Shown here: positions 47,062 to 57,845 of the stretch, piece after piece
Layout of the letters: each line of letters starts with the position of its first letter
How positions within the stretch are numbered: the stretch's first letter is position 1
From: an uncultured Planctomycetaceae bacterium
GTDB lineage: Bacteria > Planctomycetota > Planctomycetia > Planctomycetales > Planctomycetaceae
DNA: 64,000 nt
Assembly (NCBI GenBank): GCA_963815195.1
Contig: CAWFGE010000023.1
Span: 64,001 to 128,000, forward strand
Direction: 5' to 3'
Program-made: the position numbers and the translations under genes
The notes under the pieces: model-generated
What the model saw: the letters and a program-made list of their open reading frames with translations, nothing else
What the model was told of the DNA's origin: nothing
The model's database searches: none

Positions 47062-47631
47062 TTACTTTGGCCACTCGGCCGCCGGGTCGAAATTGACCAT
47101 CGGATCCGCCGGCTGCTTGGGAATCTGCGGACGAAGATAAGGCTTGTCGGAGGCTTTGTGGCAGGCGTAGCAGTTTTCGAGCGTAAACTTGTAGGCCGCC
47201 ACGAATCGTTCCCGGTCCTTTGCTTTGATCGCCTGCTCCAACTCCTTGAGCGGGCTGTTTTCGACGGCTTGCAATATCGCTTGCAGCTTGACCTCTTTCC
47301 CGGCCCCGTCTTTGCGGACGGGGATGATCCGCACCGCCCAGCGCAAATGGGACCGCGTTTCGTTCCAATAGAACTGGGCGAGCGGCCAGTTCTCCGCCTG
47401 GCCGGCAAACCACATATTGTTGAAATGATAGGCCACGCTGGTCATCGCGTGCGCCTGGTCCGAGGCCTTGTCCTTCAGCTGCCCGACCTCAGATTGAAGG
47501 TCGGCGAGATTCGGAGCTTTCTGCGCCCGATCCTGGGCCTGAATGGAACCGCGCTCCGGGGAAGCCGTCAGCCAAATTGCGATCAAGGCCCCCATCAGAC
47601 ACAGACCGGCCCCTTGAGCATATTTCTTCAT
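47062..47631 (-). CDS. Exported monoheme c-type cytochrome with C-terminal CxxCH (helical-bundle type)
   Basis: Signal/TM helix, helical body, CYACH near the C-terminus. Confidence 0.75.
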   Translation of the reverse strand: MKKYAQGAGLCLMGALIAIWLTASPERGSIQAQDRAQKAPNLADLQSEVGQLKDKASDQAHAMTSVAYHFNNMWFAGQAENWPLAQFYWNETRSHLRWAVRIIPVRKDGAGKEVKLQAILQAVENSPLKELEQAIKAKDRERFVAAYKFTLENCYACHKASDKPYLRPQIPKQPADPMVNFDPAAEWPK

Positions 47632-47981
47632 TTCAGTCGCTCCCAAAACAAGGTTGAAAGATTTGTGTTGACCAATTATCAGCCGGAACCCCCTACGGTC
47701 GGGTTGTCACGACCGGCTCGTCATTGCCTTGTCCGCGATCACATCGCCCGCCGCCGTGCGGGAGTGGAGTGGAGGGGAAAAGCTCCCCGACGTTTCTTAT
47801 CCTGTCTCACCTCGGCGGATTATTCAATTCCCGCAGCATGAGGAGTCGCTAATGAACGGCGACGCATTCCGGGAAAGTCAAAGTCCGGGCGGTGTTATCC
47901 GCGGTTCATTCCTTTTCGCGTTTGCTTCGTGGTATCCTGGGGGCCGGTCGCGATGACACTTTCACTTTGGGGAGGAACGCC

Positions 47982-49187
47982 ATGAAATCGATTGCCTGGG
48001 GTTTGGGGCTGTTGGGTTTGGTTTCTTTCGGGGCGTTGCATGCCGTGTCCGGGCGCGAGGCGGGCGACTCGGCCGGGATGAAGTTGCCGGGAGCCAGGGT
48101 GGAAATCGATGCGGCCCAGTTTCCCAGCCTGCAAGCCGCCTTGGATGCGCTGCCCGGAGAAGGCGGCATCGTGCGTTTGCCGCCGGGCACGTTTGAAATC
48201 CAAACGCCTCTGGTGCTCCGGCGGGGCGATGTGCTCCTCGAAGGCTCCGGGACCGCGACCCACATCAAGAACACGAATCAGAACGGCCAGCCCGCGCTGG
48301 TCCTCGAACATCCCAAAGGCGACCAGGCCAAAAACGATGAGCGGCTCTGGCGGATCGAGTTGTCCAACCTCCGCATCACCGGCAACGACAAAAGCGGCCC
48401 CGGCCTCGTCGCCAAGCGGATCAACGAAATCTTTCTCCACGGCGTCACGGTGAGCTATCACGGCGGCGACGGGCTTGTGCTCGACCACTGCTACGAAGAC
48501 CCGCGGATCTCCAGTTGCCTCATCACCTACAACAAAGGCACGGGGCTGAACCTGCTCGGCTGCCACGACATCGTCGTGTCGGCCAATCAGTTTGAAGAAA
48601 ACCAGGATGCTCTCCATTGCATCGATAGCTTCAACCTCTGCATGACCGGCAACTGCCTGGACGACCATTTGGGGCACGGCGCGGTGATCGAGAACACCTA
48701 CGGCTCGGTCGTGTCGGGCAACATGATCGAGGAATGTGGCGGCACCGCGCTCATCATGGACCGAGATTGCTACGGCAACACGGTGAGTGCGAACGTCATC
48801 GCGCACAACGGAGCCGGGGTGGATCTTCGCGACGCCCACGGCTGCGCGGTGAGCGCGAATACCTTCACCATCAATAAGGCCTTCGGGGCCCGCGTGGGTT
48901 CGGGGAGCGGGCGGATTACGCTGACGGGCAATAACTTTTCCAACAGCTATCTCGGCGAAGGCAAAGTCCGCCGGGCGACGACGGATCTCGCCGCCGGCGG
49001 TTTGCAGCTCGAAGGCACGACCGACGTGGCGGTGGTCGGCAACGTGTTCGCCGGCGTGCGCCCCAAAGCCGTGGAGCTTCCAGGCGACCAAAGCCAGCGC
49101 GTAAACTTCAGCGACAACGTGCTCACCGATGTCACCAGCGACCACGGCCAACTCCAGCGGTCGCTCGCCGAGGGCAACTTGGAATAG
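47982..49187 (+). CDS. Secreted right-handed parallel beta-helix protein
   Basis: SLQAALDAL..GGIVRLPPGTF; repeated ITGN/VSGN/VSAN rungs. Confidence 0.85.
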   Translation: MKSIAWGLGLLGLVSFGALHAVSGREAGDSAGMKLPGARVEIDAAQFPSLQAALDALPGEGGIVRLPPGTFEIQTPLVLRRGDVLLEGSGTATHIKNTNQNGQPALVLEHPKGDQAKNDERLWRIELSNLRITGNDKSGPGLVAKRINEIFLHGVTVSYHGGDGLVLDHCYEDPRISSCLITYNKGTGLNLLGCHDIVVSANQFEENQDALHCIDSFNLCMTGNCLDDHLGHGAVIENTYGSVVSGNMIEECGGTALIMDRDCYGNTVSANVIAHNGAGVDLRDAHGCAVSANTFTINKAFGARVGSGSGRITLTGNNFSNSYLGEGKVRRATTDLAAGGLQLEGTTDVAVVGNVFAGVRPKAVELPGDQSQRVNFSDNVLTDVTSDHGQLQRSLAEGNLE

Positions 49188-49206
49188 CATTTCTCGAAGC
49201 ACATAG

Positions 49207-49294
49207 GCGAGCGGCCAGCGTAAGCCGGCTGATTCTGTCCAAATTCCAGTCCGTTGTCATTGTAATCATCATGGGGCTTACGCCCCACGCTCGC
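49207..49294. repeat. Palindromic REP-like element
   Basis: gcgagcggccagcgtaagcc ... ggcttacgccccacgctcgc imperfect inverted repeat. Confidence 0.6.
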
Positions 49295-49318
49295 CCCAAT
49301 GTGAGACACGAATAGCGC

Positions 49319-50908
49319 ATGCAGCATCTGGATGTCTTCGATTACACCGTCGTCGCGGTCTACCTGCTCGGCACGATTGGGCTGGGGTTGTGGATGGGCC
49401 GGCGGATTCGCGTGGGGAGCGATTTTTTTCTCGCCGGCCGCAGCCTGCCCTGGTGGGCGGTCGGCATGTCCTTGGTCGCGACGGACATCGGCGGGACCGA
49501 TATCGTCGGCGTCGGCGGGGCGGCGTATGCCCACGGGCTGGCCGTCGGGAACTTTGAATGGATCGGCTGCGTGCCCGCCATGATCGTGGCCGCGTTCTTG
49601 TTCATCCCGCACTTCTGGCGATGCGGCGTGACGACGATCCCAGAGTTCCTGGAAAAGCGGTTCAACGTCGGCGTGCGCTCTGCGCTTGCGGCGTGCTGGT
49701 TGATCTTCATGGCCTGCAATCTCGGCGTGATGCTCTTGGTCTCCGCCAAGATGATGAGCGCCGTCATCGGCTGGAACACCGCGTTTTCCATTTGGATCAC
49801 GGCGGGGCTTGTGGGGATCTACACCTGCGCGGGGGGGCTCGCGGCCGTGGTTTATACCGATGTGATTCAAGGCGTGGTGATGATCGGCGGTTGTCTGTTA
49901 ATCGTGATTTTCGGCCTCGCGGACATCGGCGGCTTCGAGGAACTCCGCTCCGGACTCCGCGCTATCGAACAAGCTGAACTCGCCCAAACGAATGACGTCC
50001 CCGAATCCGCCGCGGAAACAGAACAAGCCGAGCCGCAGCATCTCTCGTTGATCTTGCCCGTGGATACGCCCACGCCGTTTCCCTGGACGGGGATTTTGTT
50101 CGGATTGGCGTTGATTCTCAGCCCGGCGTATTGGATCGGCAACCAGGCGATCGTACAGCGGTCGCTGGGCACGCGGTCCGCGTTTGAAGCCAAAGCCGCT
50201 TACATTTGGGGAGCGTTATTGAAGAACGTGATCCCGGTCATCATCGCGGTCCCGGGGTTGATCGCGCTCGTAAAATTTCCCGAATTGAAAGACGGCGACA
50301 AGGCCTTGCCTACCTTGGTGTCGCACCTCTTGCCCAGCGGACTGCGGGGGCTGTTCGTGGCGGCGTTTCTGGCGGCGCTCATGTCCAGCGTGGACTCTTA
50401 CCTCAATTCCGCGGCAACGATTTTGACCAACGACTTCTATCAGCGGTTCTTCCGCCGGGACGCGAGTGATCGGCAACTGCTGACGATCGGCCGTTGGACC
50501 ACAGTCGTCTTAGTGGGCTGGGCGATCGGATTCGCGTTTGTTATCGCCCGGTTGGATCAAGCCATCTATACGATCTTCCAAACGATGATGGCGATTTTCC
50601 AAGGCCCGGCCCTCGCGGTGCTGATGACCGGTCTCCTCTGGAAACGCGCCACGGGACCGGCGGCGCTTGCGGGATTTCTCGCGGGCATCGGCACCGCTGT
50701 GTTTTTGTATCTCACAACTTGGGAACCGGTGCTCCGTTGGCTCGAATGGAAGCCGCTTTTTCAAATCGGCGAGCCGTTTTTGTACTTCTCCGTGTGGGCG
50801 TTTTTGACGGCCCTCTCGGTCGTGGTCGTCATGAGTTTTCTCACCCCGCCCGAACCGGCCGAGAAGCAAGCCTTCGTGATTTCCCGCCAATCGAGGAAAG
50901 CCGCATGA
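49319..50908 (+). CDS. Sodium:solute symporter (SSS family)
   Basis: FFLAGRSLPWW, TIPEFLEKRF, GGLAAVVYTD, NQAIVQR, AALMSSVDS. Confidence 0.93.
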   Translation: MQHLDVFDYTVVAVYLLGTIGLGLWMGRRIRVGSDFFLAGRSLPWWAVGMSLVATDIGGTDIVGVGGAAYAHGLAVGNFEWIGCVPAMIVAAFLFIPHFWRCGVTTIPEFLEKRFNVGVRSALAACWLIFMACNLGVMLLVSAKMMSAVIGWNTAFSIWITAGLVGIYTCAGGLAAVVYTDVIQGVVMIGGCLLIVIFGLADIGGFEELRSGLRAIEQAELAQTNDVPESAAETEQAEPQHLSLILPVDTPTPFPWTGILFGLALILSPAYWIGNQAIVQRSLGTRSAFEAKAAYIWGALLKNVIPVIIAVPGLIALVKFPELKDGDKALPTLVSHLLPSGLRGLFVAAFLAALMSSVDSYLNSAATILTNDFYQRFFRRDASDRQLLTIGRWTTVVLVGWAIGFAFVIARLDQAIYTIFQTMMAIFQGPALAVLMTGLLWKRATGPAALAGFLAGIGTAVFLYLTTWEPVLRWLEWKPLFQIGEPFLYFSVWAFLTALSVVVVMSFLTPPEPAEKQAFVISRQSRKAA

Positions 50909-51138
50909 CTCCGCTCCACGAAATCGGCAATTTCATCCGCGATGGCCTCGCGCAAATTCCTCTGCCCGCCGTGCGGGGATTGTTCGTCCTGCTGCCGGCC
51001 GTGCTGTTGATTTGGGTGCTCCGGTTGCCGAGATCGGAAACCACGCCCGAGGGCCGCGAAAGCCGCTGGGACGAGAACCTCAAACTCTGGGCCGCCGCGG
51101 CACTGGTAATTCAAATTTTGATTTATAGTTTTGTATGA
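50905..51138 (+). CDS. Small two-TM membrane protein translationally coupled to the symporter
   Basis: ATGA overlap with the SSS stop; two hydrophobic helices. Confidence 0.7.
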   Translation: MTPLHEIGNFIRDGLAQIPLPAVRGLFVLLPAVLLIWVLRLPRSETTPEGRESRWDENLKLWAAAALVIQILIYSFV

Positions 51139-51178
51139 GTGAGTCGTCCGAGTGCTAGATCGCTGAACGATCGGCACG

Positions 51179-51661
51179 TCATCCGGCGTTCAATCGCCAG
51201 ATCGTGAAGTTCAATACGCTGGCGAAACTGACCCAGGCCAAATAGGGCACGAGCAACCAGCCGGCGAATGTCGATTCGCGAAAGAAAGCGACCGTTGTGC
51301 CGAGGATCGCCAGCCACAGGATGACGATCTCCGCAAACGCCCAGCCCGGCTGATGGGCGGCGAAAAAGATCCACGACCAAGCGATATTCATCAGGAGTTG
51401 AACAGCAAACAGCGTCAGCGGCATCGCCGCCGACCGGAAGCCTGCCTTTTTACAGACCAACCAGGCGGCAATCGCCATCAGCCCATACAGCGTCGTCCAC
51501 ACGGGGCCGAACACCCAATCGGGCGGATTCCAAGCCGGTTTCTCCAGCGTCTTGTACCAGCCTTCGATTTCCGGAGTGGTCGCCATCGCGCCCAGACCGC
51601 CGGCTCCCAGGCAAATTATCAGAAACATTATCAGGCCCAGCCAAATCGCGGGGGCTTTCAT
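51179..51661 (-). CDS. tspO: TspO/MBR tryptophan-rich sensory protein
   Basis: [43 protein letters not shown]. Confidence 0.93.
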   Translation of the reverse strand: MKAPAIWLGLIMFLIICLGAGGLGAMATTPEIEGWYKTLEKPAWNPPDWVFGPVWTTLYGLMAIAAWLVCKKAGFRSAAMPLTLFAVQLLMNIAWSWIFFAAHQPGWAFAEIVILWLAILGTTVAFFRESTFAGWLLVPYLAWVSFASVLNFTIWRLNAG

Positions 51662-51734
51662 TTGGTCTCTCCTGGTGCACGCAAGTTTGCTGACGCCAAC
51701 TGAAGCGGGCAATCGGTCGTCCGGCGGCGCGCCA

Positions 51735-53078
51735 TTATCCCGGCGGGAGTTCGTGAATGAAGGATTCGCACCAGAGGCCGGCTTGGTAGAGGGCGAGTTC
51801 CTCGCCGGGTTTGCCGATGACTTGGACGCCCAGGGGCAATCCGTCTTCGTCCGAAAGCGCCATCGGAAACGTGAGCGTGGGAAAGCCGCAAAAGCTCCAG
51901 GGGGAGTTCATCACGGGATCGCCGGTCGTGGAAAGATCGGGAGCCGTGCCCACGCTGGCGGGCGCGACGAGCACATCGACTTCCTCGAACAGCGACAGGA
52001 TCATCTCCCGGCTGGACTTTTGAAATGCGAGCGCTTGCTCCCAGTCGCTTTCCGGAATCTCTAAGCCCTCTTCGATCAGGCTTTGGATCGCGGGCTGGTA
52101 GTCGCCGGGATGTTGGGTGAACCGCTCGCGGTGATAATTCGCCGCCCCCCTTGCCATGAGGATGCGATGATTGGGAAGCACCTCGTCGAACTCGCGGGGC
52201 AGTTCGAGGTTCTCCATGAAGGCCCCGTGGTTGATCCATTGCCCCATCGCGTGCATCAAACAGTGGAGCATGTGGGCGTCGGCTTCTTCTTGAAAGAACC
52301 CGCCCAACATTCCCAACCGCGGCAGGGGAAACTCGATTTGTTCGAGAAGTGCTTTCCACGCGCTTGCGAGGCCGGTTGGCTCGTCGGCGAAGCCGGCCAT
52401 CACCGCGTACATCGCCGCGGTGTCCCGGACGGTGCGGGCCAAGGGGCCGGGATGATCCATCGGAGCCGAGAGCGGCACGATGCCTTCGAGCGAAACGCTT
52501 CCGTAGGTGGGCTTCAATCCCGCGATGCCGCAGAACGCCGCGGGCCGGGTGATCGAGCCCCCGGTCTGCGTGCCGACCGCTCCCAGGCACATGCCCGCCG
52601 CGACCGCGGCCGCCGATCCGCTGGACGAGCCGCCGGGCGTATGTTCGAGGTTCCAAGGGTTCCTGGTCACGGGGGGATCGAAGCTGGCGAACTGCGTGGT
52701 GACGGTTTTGCCCAGGATCACCGCTCCCGCGTTTTTGAGCCGCCGGACAATCGGGGCGTCTAGCTCGGCGACATTGTCCGCCAAAAGTTTCGACCCCGCC
52801 GCTGTGGGCCAGCCGGCCACATCGACAATATCCTTGATGCCGAGGGGAATCCCATGCAGCGGCCCCCGGGATTTGCCGGCCTTGAGCTCGGCATCGCGGT
52901 CTTTCGCGGTTTGAATTGCTCCGTCCCGATCGAGCAACACCCAAGCCCGCACTTCCGTTTCGCGGTCATCGATCTTGTGGAAGCACTCTTCGACCACCGT
53001 TTCGGACGTGCGCTTCCCCGCCGCCAAATCCGCCGCGGCTCCGAGCAGGGTGTCCTTTGACTTTGGGAACAACTCCAT
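51735..53078 (-). CDS. Amidase-signature family amidase
   Basis: [40 protein letters not shown]. Confidence 0.92.
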   Translation of the reverse strand: MELFPKSKDTLLGAAADLAAGKRTSETVVEECFHKIDDRETEVRAWVLLDRDGAIQTAKDRDAELKAGKSRGPLHGIPLGIKDIVDVAGWPTAAGSKLLADNVAELDAPIVRRLKNAGAVILGKTVTTQFASFDPPVTRNPWNLEHTPGGSSSGSAAAVAAGMCLGAVGTQTGGSITRPAAFCGIAGLKPTYGSVSLEGIVPLSAPMDHPGPLARTVRDTAAMYAVMAGFADEPTGLASAWKALLEQIEFPLPRLGMLGGFFQEEADAHMLHCLMHAMGQWINHGAFMENLELPREFDEVLPNHRILMARGAANYHRERFTQHPGDYQPAIQSLIEEGLEIPESDWEQALAFQKSSREMILSLFEEVDVLVAPASVGTAPDLSTTGDPVMNSPWSFCGFPTLTFPMALSDEDGLPLGVQVIGKPGEELALYQAGLWCESFIHELPPG

Positions 53079-53166
53079 CGTGCCTCCTACAAGAATTGCA
53101 GCTCGAGATCCACTCGTCGAGCGTCGAACCAACGATCGGCGAGTTTCGAAGTTCGCCCGCTCGGGC

Positions 53167-54411
53167 TCATGGTTGCTCGGCCGGCGGTTGCTCGGCCGGC
53201 GGTGGTTCTTCTTCCGAGGCGAACTCCGGGAGCAGCGGGCGTTCTTCGGGGTTTTTGTGGTAGATCGGGAATTCCTGGTCGCGTTCGTGGATCATGATGA
53301 TCTGGCCGGTCGTCGTCGCCAGGATGAGCCGGTCGGTGCGTTCGTTGGAGACGTGGACCGAAAAGTGGCGAAGCGGCAATAGGCCGATCGGGCCGCCGGA
53401 GTCGCGGTCGAGGATCACCACGTCGCCCCGCCGGTCGGCGGCGAACGTGTAATGCCGGCTCTCGGCGAGGAACTCGGTCAGGTTGGGCTGCCACCATCGC
53501 TGCCGGCCGGAGATCGTCGAAAGCTGGTACAGCCCCGCCCGCTTGGGTGCCACGTAAAGGTTCTCGCCAACGGCTTTAGGACCGACGAGCACGGGCACGC
53601 CGGTGACGAACTGCCAGCGGATTTTGCCGTTGATGAGATTCACGGCATAGATATTAAAATCCTCCGACGCCATGAACAGGTAGCCTTCGCTTTCGGTCAT
53701 CGGGGCGGAGACGGGGGCGTCGGTTTCGAGCAGGAATTTGACATTGGCCTGTTCCTTGGTCACCGAATACAGCGATTTGTCCTCGCTGGCGAAATTTACA
53801 ATGCTGCCCCAGGGGATGGGGGGCGTCCGCACGACCTTGGCGGTGCGGTAACGCCAATTCTGTGTTAAATACGACCAGTCCGGCAGATGGTTTTCTTCGA
53901 ACAATTGCCGAATTTTTTTGAGATCGAACGCATACACGCTGCCGTCCAACGTCCCCACGTAAACCTGTTTCTCGTCCATCACCGGACTGGTCGAAGGTTG
54001 GCCGGGCATACGAATCCGCCACACCAGGTTGCCCGTCCATTTGTCGATGGCGAACAAGTCCAGGCTGGTGAGCACCAAGGCCAGCTCGTTGTTGGTGGTC
54101 ACCGCATAGGACGGCGCGTCGGGACGCCCTAGTTGCGCCGACCAGAGTTTGCGGCCGGTTTCCATGTCGACGGCGGTCACCGTCCCGGCGGAGGTTTGGG
54201 CATAGACGATTTGCTCGTCCGCCGTCACATAACGTATCGTGTCGCGGCCGGGATTGATGTTGGCCTGGTTCCACCACGCCATCTTGAGGCCGTAGCGGTT
54301 CAGCATCTGCACGGAGGGCAGCACGTTCCCGCGGAGGGCCTGGGCAAAGCCGTCCGCCGTTAACAGCGTCCCCAAAACAACGGCGGCAAACGCCCAAAAA
54401 CGGGTAGGCAT
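53167..54411 (-). CDS. Secreted PQQ-like/BamB-like beta-propeller protein
   Basis: Signal peptide; repeated AVDxxTGxxxW blades. Confidence 0.8.
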   Translation of the reverse strand: MPTRFWAFAAVVLGTLLTADGFAQALRGNVLPSVQMLNRYGLKMAWWNQANINPGRDTIRYVTADEQIVYAQTSAGTVTAVDMETGRKLWSAQLGRPDAPSYAVTTNNELALVLTSLDLFAIDKWTGNLVWRIRMPGQPSTSPVMDEKQVYVGTLDGSVYAFDLKKIRQLFEENHLPDWSYLTQNWRYRTAKVVRTPPIPWGSIVNFASEDKSLYSVTKEQANVKFLLETDAPVSAPMTESEGYLFMASEDFNIYAVNLINGKIRWQFVTGVPVLVGPKAVGENLYVAPKRAGLYQLSTISGRQRWWQPNLTEFLAESRHYTFAADRRGDVVILDRDSGGPIGLLPLRHFSVHVSNERTDRLILATTTGQIIMIHERDQEFPIYHKNPEERPLLPEFASEEEPPPAEQPPAEQP

Positions 54412-54468
54412 AGCGACCTCACCGAAAGGAAATCTTTGGATGGAAACAGAAACTTGCGGGCGGACCGT

Positions 54469-54506
54469 CCCGCAGAGGAAATCGAACCCCGCAGAGGAAA
54501 TCGAAC
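54469..54506. repeat. Exact 19-bp tandem duplication CCCGCAGAGGAAATCGAAC x2
   Basis: Read directly in the divergent intergenic region. Confidence 0.85.
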
Positions 54507-54830
54507 ATCCCTCCGGTTCATTCTAACGGACCGGGCCCACCGATCACCAGTGTTCGTTTTCCGAGTTTTCAATTCCGCCGGGCGGACTCCGATCGCGCTT
54601 GGGGTGCCTGTTTTGGCGGTTCTGCGAAATTCGCCGCTCAATTGCAGGATCCGCCTTGGCCTCTATAATCCAGCGATGTTAATGTTTCCTGCGTTTTTGC
54701 GGTGATCTCAGAGAAGCCCCCATACACTCAGCGGGAGCTTGATCCCTACAATCTCGTGGAAACAGACGCAAGAATGTCACGACGACAATCAACGCGGCCA
54801 GATCCCCCTAGAACCCCCTGTAAAGCTCCA

Positions 54831-55676
54831 ATGGACCGTCCATTGCAAATCGGCGCGGTGAGTTATTTGAACTCGAAGCCGCTCATTGAAGACCTGGCCG
54901 AACTCACGTCGCGCGAGGCGGAGTTGGTGCTGGATTATCCCAGCCGGCTCGCCGACGACCTGGCGGAGGGCCTCTTGGATGTGGCGCTCATTCCGTCCTT
55001 CGAATACTTTTTAGAGCCCGATTACGAGATCGTCTCCGATGCGTGCGTGGCCACGCATGGGCCGGTGATGAGCGTCAAACTCTACAGCCGGGTCCATCCG
55101 GGAAACATCCGCAGGCTGGCTTTGGATGAAGGCTCGCGAACGAGCGCGGCTCTCGTGCGGATCATGCTCGCCGAACGCTACGGCGTCTCCCCGCAGGTGG
55201 AGCCTTTGCATTTGGGGCTTTCCACTGAATCCACCAAGGCCGATGCGATTTTGCTCATCGGCGACCGGGCGATGCATCTGCCGGAAGAACCCTTCGCCGA
55301 GGTCTGGGACCTGGGGGAAGAATGGCTTCGCTGGACGGGTTTGCCCTTCGTGTTCGCGCTGTGGGCGACCCGGCGGTCGAGCGATTTGGGTCCCGTCGAA
55401 TCGGCGCTCTGCGAAGCCCGTGACCGCGGCCTGGCCCGCTTGGATCACATCGCCCGCCGCGAAGCCGCCGCCTTGGATTTGGATGTCCAGACCGCCGTCC
55501 GCTATCTGCGGCACAACCTGCATTTTCAACTCGGCTCGGCGGAACAAAACGGGCTGAAGCTGTTTCAACAACTGGCCGTCCAACAAGGATTGGCCCCCGG
55601 AGGTGTGAATCTTGTCTTCCGAAATTGCCCCCCTGCTCGAAAAAGCGAAAGCCGGCGAACGGCTCACGCCCGCTGA
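54831..55676 (+). CDS. mqnA: Chorismate dehydratase (futalosine menaquinone pathway)
   Basis: IGAVSYLNSKPL, GPVMSV, SRTS, LLIGDRA, WTGLPFVFALW. Confidence 0.9.
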   Translation: MDRPLQIGAVSYLNSKPLIEDLAELTSREAELVLDYPSRLADDLAEGLLDVALIPSFEYFLEPDYEIVSDACVATHGPVMSVKLYSRVHPGNIRRLALDEGSRTSAALVRIMLAERYGVSPQVEPLHLGLSTESTKADAILLIGDRAMHLPEEPFAEVWDLGEEWLRWTGLPFVFALWATRRSSDLGPVESALCEARDRGLARLDHIARREAAALDLDVQTAVRYLRHNLHFQLGSAEQNGLKLFQQLAVQQGLAPGGVNLVFRNCPPARKSESRRTAHAR

Positions 55677-56751
55677 AGGCGTCCGATTGCTCGAGTCGCA
55701 TGACCTTATTGGCATCGGCGAGGCGGCGCACGCGGTCACGACGCGACTGCACCCGGAGCCGTTCCGCACCTACAACATCGACCGCAACATCAACTACTCC
55801 AACGCCTGCACCGCGGTCTGCGATTTTTGCGCGTTCTATCGGCCCGTCAATCACAGCGACGTGTATGTCCTGACCCGCGAAGAGCTTCACAAAAAAGTCG
55901 CGGAGACGGTGGATCTCGGCGGCGATCAAATTCTGCTCCAAGGCGGGCTGCATCCCAAATTGCCTTTGGAATGGTACGAAGAAATGCTCCGCGATCTGCG
56001 GGAAACGTTTCCCACGGTCAATGTGCACGGCTTCAGCCCGCCGGAGATCTTCCACTTCACCAAAATCAGCAAGCTCCCGCTTCGCACCGTCTTGGAACGC
56101 CTGAAATCCGCCGGCCTCGGCAGCATTCCCGGCGGCGGCGGGGAGATTTTGGTCGATCGCGTTCGCGAAGCCATCACCCGCGGCAAGGTGCTCACGGACG
56201 ATTGGCTTGAGGTCAACCGCGTTTGGCACGAACTCGGCGGCCGATCCACCGCGACGATGATGTTCGGCCACATCGAAACCCTGGAGGAACGGATCGAACA
56301 CCTGGAGCGGTTGCGCCAGTTGCAGGACGAGACCGGCGGCTTTACGGCGTTCATTTGCTGGACCCTCCAACCGCCCGCCAAGCCGCCCTGGTTCGGGAAT
56401 CGGCAAGACGACGGCGTGGACATGTCCCAAATCCCGCCCGCCGGGGCCTTCGAGTACCTCAAAACCCAAGCCGTCGCGCGGATCTATTTGGACAATTTTC
56501 CCAACATCCAATCCTCCTGGGTGACGCAAAGCGAAAAAATCGGACAAACGGCCCTGTTCTTCGGGGCCAACGACATGGGCAGCCTGATGATCGAGGAAAA
56601 CGTGGTCTCCGAAGCCGGCACCGTGCATTACCTGACGCTCGAATCCATCCGCCGCTCGATCCAGGAAGCCGGCTACATCCCCCGGCAGCGAAACGTGTTC
56701 TATGAATACATCGACGACCCGGAACCCGTCGGCACCCCAATTCACAACTGA
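55612..56751 (+). CDS. mqnC: Cyclic dehypoxanthinyl futalosine synthase (radical SAM)
   Basis: DRNINYSNACTAVCDFCAF, LQGGLHP, PGGGGEIL, ATMMFGH, QSSWVTQ, GANDMGS. Confidence 0.9.
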   Translation: MSSEIAPLLEKAKAGERLTPAEGVRLLESHDLIGIGEAAHAVTTRLHPEPFRTYNIDRNINYSNACTAVCDFCAFYRPVNHSDVYVLTREELHKKVAETVDLGGDQILLQGGLHPKLPLEWYEEMLRDLRETFPTVNVHGFSPPEIFHFTKISKLPLRTVLERLKSAGLGSIPGGGGEILVDRVREAITRGKVLTDDWLEVNRVWHELGGRSTATMMFGHIETLEERIEHLERLRQLQDETGGFTAFICWTLQPPAKPPWFGNRQDDGVDMSQIPPAGAFEYLKTQAVARIYLDNFPNIQSSWVTQSEKIGQTALFFGANDMGSLMIEENVVSEAGTVHYLTLESIRRSIQEAGYIPRQRNVFYEYIDDPEPVGTPIHN

Positions 56752-56773
56752 TGAGTGGACTGTAACGCGTTTT

Positions 56774-56830
56774 AAACCCAAGCCGACGCCTCTGGCGTCC
56801 GACCGCCGGCAAGCCGGCGGCTTGGGTTAA
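56774..56830. repeat. Branched palindromic REP-like element / possible terminator
   Basis: aacccaagcc ... ggcttgggtt outer stem with gacgcc/ggcgtc and ccgccggc/gccggcgg inner hairpins. Confidence 0.65.
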
Positions 56831-56998
56831 GATGTTGATGCGCGTCCGCGTTCATTTTTGAGCCTTGCTCATTCGAAATGTGCTACACTCAGGGTAGACA
56901 TACCGTTTGCAAACTGGCGACCCTGGACTGATATCCCAGCCACCCGAATGATTGGTCATTGGCGCCTGGTCATTGGGGTGTCCGCCGAAGGCGGCTTT

Positions 56999-57751
56999 AT
57001 GATTCATGTTGAAAACCTGAGCAAAAGCTTCGCGGATTTGAAGCGGGGCCGCGTGTCGGCATTGGACGGCGTGACCTTCGACGTCCGGCCGGGGGAGATC
57101 TTCGGATTATTAGGCCCCAACGGCGCCGGCAAAACTACTTGCCTCCGCATTTTGAGCACCGTCCTCAAACCCACCGGCGGCCGAGCCACGGTCGCGGGAT
57201 ATGATGTCAGCACCCAACCCGCCCAGGTGCGGGCGAACATCGGCTTCATGTCCGGCAACACCGGCATCTACGACCGCATGACCGCCTGGGAAATGGTGGA
57301 ATACTTCGGCAAGCTCTACGGCATCGAAGACCACCTCTTGGAACAACGCCTGAACGAGGTGTTTTCCATGCTGCAGATGAACGAAATCCGCGACCTGCTC
57401 GGCTCTAAGATGTCCACGGGCATGAAACAAAAAGTGTCCATTGCCCGCACAATTATTCACGACCCGCCGGTGCTGATTTTCGACGAGCCCACGTCCGGCC
57501 TCGACATTCTCGTCGCCCGCAAGGTGCTCAAAGCCATCGAAGCCTTAAAAGAGCAGGGCAAGTGCATCATCTTTTCGACCCACATCATGCGGGAGGTCGA
57601 AAAACTCTGCGACCGGATTGCAATCATCCACAAAGGCAAAATCCTCGCCGCGGGCACCGTCAAGGAATTGGAACAACAGCACCATGAAAACGATGTCGAA
57701 GAGTTGTTCTTCGATCTCATCGCGCAGAACGATGCGGAATACGTCGGTTGA
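56999..57751 (+). CDS. natA: ABC transporter ATP-binding protein, NatA-like
   Basis: [40 protein letters not shown]. Confidence 0.8.
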   Translation: MIHVENLSKSFADLKRGRVSALDGVTFDVRPGEIFGLLGPNGAGKTTCLRILSTVLKPTGGRATVAGYDVSTQPAQVRANIGFMSGNTGIYDRMTAWEMVEYFGKLYGIEDHLLEQRLNEVFSMLQMNEIRDLLGSKMSTGMKQKVSIARTIIHDPPVLIFDEPTSGLDILVARKVLKAIEALKEQGKCIIFSTHIMREVEKLCDRIAIIHKGKILAAGTVKELEQQHHENDVEELFFDLIAQNDAEYVG

Positions 57752-57845
57752 TACGAGAACCCTTCATGGCGAGCAGACCAACCTGCGGTCGGTGCCCGCG
57801 TCAGCCCCATCATTGTTCAAGCCCACGAGAAGCAGCGGTTAATAA

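Noticed and set aside
53171..53200. 15-bp tandem repeat at the end of the beta-propeller gene
   Set aside because: It simply encodes a low-complexity PAEQP-PAEQP tail
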